In this document: positions 60,289-64,000 of the stretch, in pieces
Layout: each line of letters begins with the position of its first letter
Numbering within the stretch: position 1 is the stretch's first letter
DNA from: an uncultured bacterium
GTDB taxonomy: Bacteria; Patescibacteriota; Minisyncoccia; Phycocordibacterales; Phycocordibacteraceae
Direction of reading: 5' to 3'
Assembly (NCBI GenBank): GCA_937879955.1
Contig: CALFMK010000001.1
Location: 201,578-265,577 of the forward strand
DNA length: 64,000 nt
The notes under the pieces: generated by a model
The model's input: the letters and a program-made list of their open reading frames with translations, nothing else
Databases searched by the model: none
What the model was told of the DNA's origin: nothing
Position numbers and translations under genes: made by a program

Positions 60289-60915
60289 CTATGCCTTGGA
60301 GAGTATCTGCTCTGGAGATATCGCTCCTTCGCGCAGGATGCGCGGCACCCCGTCCACGATCGTCACGACGGTCGAGGCCTTCTTCCCGCCATGCGGTCCA
60401 GCATCTATGACGAGGCCGATGTCATGCGCATGGTCCCCGAACTGCAGGATCGCCTCCTGCACGGTCGCGGCCGTCTCCCGTCCGCTCCGGTTCGCGGAAG
60501 TGGCGGTGTACGGCCTGCCGAACGCCTTAGCGAGCGCGAGGCAGAACGGATCGTCGGGGATCCGGATGCCCACCTTCCCGGCGAGCGTGAGCTCCTTCGG
60601 GATGCGGGGCGTCGCCGCGAGCACGAGGGTGAGCGCGCCGGGGAGGAACCGGTCCGCGAGAGCGCGAGCCGCGTCGTCCATAACCGCGTACGTCGGGATC
60701 GACGCTACGCTAGGGACGATCACGGATATCGGCTTCTTCTTCTCGCGTCCCTTGATCTCGCGCAGCGTCGCGAGCGCCTTCGGGTTCGTGGCATCCGCCG
60801 CGAGGCCGTAGACGGTGTCCGTCGGGAACAGCACTACCCCGCCCTTGGCGAGTATCCGGGCGGCCTTCTCGGCAGCCTTCCCTATCCCGGCCTCCGTGAG
60901 CGCGAGCATCTCCAT
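60289..60915 (-). CDS. tsaC: L-threonylcarbamoyladenylate synthase (Sua5/TsaC)
   Basis: FPTDTVYGL, IKGR..KP, PGALT, GIRIP, TSANRSG, ILREGAI. Confidence 0.93.
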   Translation of the reverse strand: MEMLALTEAGIGKAAEKAARILAKGGVVLFPTDTVYGLAADATNPKALATLREIKGREKKKPISVIVPSVASIPTYAVMDDAARALADRFLPGALTLVLAATPRIPKELTLAGKVGIRIPDDPFCLALAKAFGRPYTATSANRSGRETAATVQEAILQFGDHAHDIGLVIDAGPHGGKKASTVVTIVDGVPRILREGAISPEQILSKA

Positions 60916-60957
60916 GGGTTGAATGGTAGCCCCAAATACGGTATCGTGCGAACACAT

Positions 60958-61034
60958 GCGCGCTTAGCTCAGTTGGTTAGAGCGTCTCATTGACGTTGAG
61001 AAGGTCGGGGATTCGAATTCCTCAGCGCGCACCA
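60958..61034 (+). tRNA. tRNA-Val(GAC)
   Basis: GCGCGCT..AGCGCGC-ACCA, loop TT-GAC-GT. Confidence 0.93.
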
Positions 61035-61102
61035 GAACGAAGGCCCCGGAAGGGGCTTTCGTCGTTCGCCTCGAGCCTTCAAATACGCTATAACGGACCT
61101 AT

Positions 61103-61966
61103 ATGGATACCCGCACTATCGTCTTCTATCACGGCAGCTGCCCGGACGGCTTCGGGGGCGCGTATGCGGCCTGGAAGAGGTTCGGCGACGCCGCCGAGTA
61201 CGTCCCGCTCTCCCGCGGGGACGACGAGCTCCCGGACGTGACCGGTGCGGACGTCTTCTTTATCGACTTCGTGTATGAGAAGGAGCGCATGGACGAGATC
61301 GCCGCGAAAGCCAAGAGCCTCGTCGCGCTCGACCACCACGCGGGCGTGCAGAGCGTGACGGAATCCTTCCCGGGGTCCGTCTTCGACAACGACCGTTCCG
61401 GCGCGACCCTCGCCTGGCACTACTTCCATCCGGACGAGCTCACGCCGCGCCTCCTCTCGCTCGTGGAAGACGACGATCTCTTCCGCTTCGCCCTTCCTGA
61501 TACCCGCCCGGTTATCGCCTACCTCTCCGTGAAGCCGTACACGTTCGAGCTCTGGGACGAGGTCCGTGCGCTTCTCGACGATCCGGAGAAGAGCGCATCG
61601 TTCCTCGAGAAGGTCCGAACCTACGCGGAGTACTTCGAGCTCCTCGCGCAGCTCGCCGTGGACCACGCGAAGCTGGTGGAGTTCGAGGGGCATCAGGTGT
61701 ACTTCGCCACGGCGCACCCGTTCAAGCCGATGAAGTCGCTCGTCGGGAACCTGCTCGCGAGGAAGCAGGGCCCGTTCGCGCTCGTGGTGGCCGCGCATCC
61801 GAAGGGATTCGGCGTATCCATCCGCGGGGACGGCTCGGTCGACGTCTCTGCCATCGCGCAGAAGTACGGCGGGAACGGACACAAGAGCTCGTCCGGATTC
61901 CTGATTCCTGCAGGAGGGCCTATGCCGTGGACCATAGTCGAGACCGATGAGGATACTCGCGATTGA
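61103..61966 (+). CDS. DHH/DHHA1 family phosphoesterase
   Basis: YH..CPDGF, LDHH, SGATLAW.YF, GGNGH..SSGF. Confidence 0.9.
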   Translation: MDTRTIVFYHGSCPDGFGGAYAAWKRFGDAAEYVPLSRGDDELPDVTGADVFFIDFVYEKERMDEIAAKAKSLVALDHHAGVQSVTESFPGSVFDNDRSGATLAWHYFHPDELTPRLLSLVEDDDLFRFALPDTRPVIAYLSVKPYTFELWDEVRALLDDPEKSASFLEKVRTYAEYFELLAQLAVDHAKLVEFEGHQVYFATAHPFKPMKSLVGNLLARKQGPFALVVAAHPKGFGVSIRGDGSVDVSAIAQKYGGNGHKSSSGFLIPAGGPMPWTIVETDEDTRD

Positions 61967-63116
61967 GACCAGCTGCGACGAGACCGCCGTCACCGTCCTC
62001 GAAGCCGAGGGTGACGAGTCCTCCGCGCAGTTCCGCATCCTCGGGAACGCGCTCCTCTCGCAGATAGACATACATCGCGAGTTCGGCGGCGTGTTCCCCG
62101 CGGTCGCCAAGCGCGAGCACGCGAAGAACCTCGTGCCGATGCTCCACAACGCGCTCGAAGGCGCCGGGCTTCTCGTGCCTGCCTCGTCTCCCGTGCCCGA
62201 GGGTCTCGGCGAGCTCCTTGCGCGCGAGGCTGGCCTCGCCGACGCGCTCACGGCATTTTTCAGTACCTACGGCATCCCTGACATCGACGCGATCGCCGTG
62301 ACGAACGGCCCCGGCCTCGAGCCTGCGCTCTGGGTTGGCGTGAACTTCGCGAAGGCGCTCGCGATGACCTGGGAGAAGCCGCTCATCGGCATCAACCACA
62401 TGGAGGGCCATCTCCTCTCCGCGATGACGACCGCGTCGACCGACGACCCGTCCGCGTTCTCCATCGAAGGCATCGAGCGTCCCATGCTCGGCCTCCTCAT
62501 CTCCGGCGGCCATACCGAGCTCGTCTCCATGAGGGACTGGCTCTCGTACGAGCTCGTGGGCCGCACCCGCGATGACGCCGTGGGCGAGGCGTACGACAAG
62601 GTGGCGCGCATGATCGGACTCCCGTATCCGGGCGGTCCTGAGGTCTCCTTGCTCGCGGAGAAGGCGCGCGAGACGCCGAAAACGGACGCGTTCGCCCTTC
62701 CCCGCCCGATGCTGAAGGACGCGCACATGGACTTCTCGTTCTCCGGCCTCAAGACCGCAGTCCTGTACCTCGTGAAGGACCGCGAGCTGAGCGATACGGA
62801 GAAGGAAGCGCTCGCCCGCGAGTTCGAGGACGCGGTCGCGGACGTGCTGTTCGCGAAGGCCTCTCGCGCGCTCCTCCATACCGGCGCGAAGACCATCGTG
62901 CTCGGCGGCGGCGTCTCGGCCAACACGAACATCCGCCGCGTCTTCGCAGAGCGCCTCGCGATCGAGCACCCCGAGGTACGGCTCTGCATCCCGGCCGCGC
63001 GCTTCACCACCGACAACGCGATCATGATCGCTATCAGCGGCTTCTACCGCGCGCTCCGGAAGGAGTTCGTCGCGCCTGGGGACCTCGTGGCGGACGGCAA
63101 CCGCTCCATCGCGTAG
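61947..63116 (+). CDS. tsaD: tRNA N6-adenosine threonylcarbamoyltransferase
   Basis: AIETSCDET, GPGL, NHMEGH, ISGGHT, DDAVGEAYDK, FSFSGLKT, TDNA.MI. Confidence 0.97.
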   Translation: MRILAIETSCDETAVTVLEAEGDESSAQFRILGNALLSQIDIHREFGGVFPAVAKREHAKNLVPMLHNALEGAGLLVPASSPVPEGLGELLAREAGLADALTAFFSTYGIPDIDAIAVTNGPGLEPALWVGVNFAKALAMTWEKPLIGINHMEGHLLSAMTTASTDDPSAFSIEGIERPMLGLLISGGHTELVSMRDWLSYELVGRTRDDAVGEAYDKVARMIGLPYPGGPEVSLLAEKARETPKTDAFALPRPMLKDAHMDFSFSGLKTAVLYLVKDRELSDTEKEALAREFEDAVADVLFAKASRALLHTGAKTIVLGGGVSANTNIRRVFAERLAIEHPEVRLCIPAARFTTDNAIMIAISGFYRALRKEFVAPGDLVADGNRSIA

Positions 63117-63170
63117 ACGGAAAACGGCCCGCGACATTCGTCGCGGGCCTCGTGTTCATAGCAGGTGCGG

Positions 63171-63326
63171 TTAGTCAGTCGGAGGATGCCTGCCCATGAG
63201 GGGCAGGTCGTCCTCGGTCCTGGGCTTCATCGTGGCCGCAGCCAGGTCTTCGCGCAGATCGTGAGGGACCTCCTCCATCCGAAGCGCCCGTGCGGGCGTC
63301 GGCTCGTCGGTACGAGCGGTTGCCAT
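63171..63326 (-). CDS. Small orphan protein (51 aa)
   Basis: AAAGGAG SD before MATARTDEPT... Confidence 0.5.
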   Translation of the reverse strand: MATARTDEPTPARALRMEEVPHDLREDLAAATMKPRTEDDLPLMGRHPPTD

Positions 63327-63399
63327 AAGAACTCCTTTACTGATTGGTTCTCGGCCCATACTACGATAAAAGCGGCGTATCTGCTATATTTCTGAGTAC

Positions 63400-64000
63400 A
63401 TGGACGAGAAATTCCTGAAGCCCTACGACCCGGCCGCGACCGAATCCCGCATCTACGCGGAGTGGGAGGAGAGCGGCTATTTCAATCCGGACGCTATGAT
63501 CGAGGCAGGCCTCACGAAGCCTGACGCCGAGACCTACTCCATCGTCCTCCCGCCCCCGAACGTCACCGGGCGCCTTCACATGGGCCACGCGCTCATGCTC
63601 GCCGTCGAGGACGTCTTCGTCCGTGCCAAGCGCATGCAGGGCTTCCGCACCCTCTGGGTGCCGGGCACCGACCACGCCGCCATCGCCACGCAGTCCGTGG
63701 TCGAGAAGGACATCATGAAGAAGGAGGGCAAGAGCCGTCATGACCTCGGCCGCGAGGAGCTCCTCGCGCGCATCGGGAAGTTCGCCGAAGAGAGTCACGA
63801 CACTATCATCAGCCAGCTCAAGACCATGGGCGCCTCGCTCGACTGGTCCCGCGAGGCGTTCACGCTCGACGAGAAGCGCACGCGCGCGGTGCACACCGTC
63901 TTCAAGCGCATGTACGACGCGGGCCTTATCTACCGCGGCAACCGCATCGTGAACTGGGACCCGAAGGGCCAGACCACCATCTCCGACGACGAGATCGTGC
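63400..64000 (+). CDS. valS: Valine--tRNA ligase (5' part; runs off window)
   Basis: KPYDP, IVLPPPNVTGRLHMGHAL, PGTDHAAIATQ, GASLDWSRE.FTLD, IYRGNRIVNWDP. Confidence 0.96.
   Translation, partial: MDEKFLKPYDPAATESRIYAEWEESGYFNPDAMIEAGLTKPDAETYSIVLPPPNVTGRLHMGHALMLAVEDVFVRAKRMQGFRTLWVPGTDHAAIATQSVVEKDIMKKEGKSRHDLGREELLARIGKFAEESHDTIISQLKTMGASLDWSREAFTLDEKRTRAVHTVFKRMYDAGLIYRGNRIVNWDPKGQTTISDDEIV

Overview
GC-rich chromosomal window from a Patescibacteria/CPR bacterium, probably Parcubacteria (Kaiserbacteria-like); this placement is inferred from gene content (short IF2, ybeY-ftsA-ftsZ, arrays of VirB2-like pilins, a degenerate HisRS paralogue after lepB). It holds mostly housekeeping genes (dnaX, dus, ftsQ, serS, dprA, topA, rel, parB, ahpC, miaA, rpmG, clpB, infB, rbfA, alr, gyrA, rpsA, pth, lepB, rpsU, ybeY, ftsA, ftsZ, trxB, cspA, tsaC, tsaD, valS) and 10 tRNAs. 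I saw no CRISPR array, rRNA, integrase or transposase. Notable observations: (1) two expression regimes, with housekeeping genes looking leaderless (-10 box 6-10 nt before ATG, no SD) while interspersed orphan ORFs sit in promoter-SD-terminator cassettes; (2) several unannotated structured RNA candidates (18888-18980, 23831-23960, 27900-27980, 32916-33070, 54335-54480), one inside a 200-bp micro-island at tRNA-Trp; (3) two paralogous VirB2-pilin-like proteins fused to different peptidoglycan hydrolases, plus a five-gene pilin array; (4) a cluster of SD-led micro-peptides at 46.4-47.5 kb. All assignments are by eye from motifs; no searches were run.
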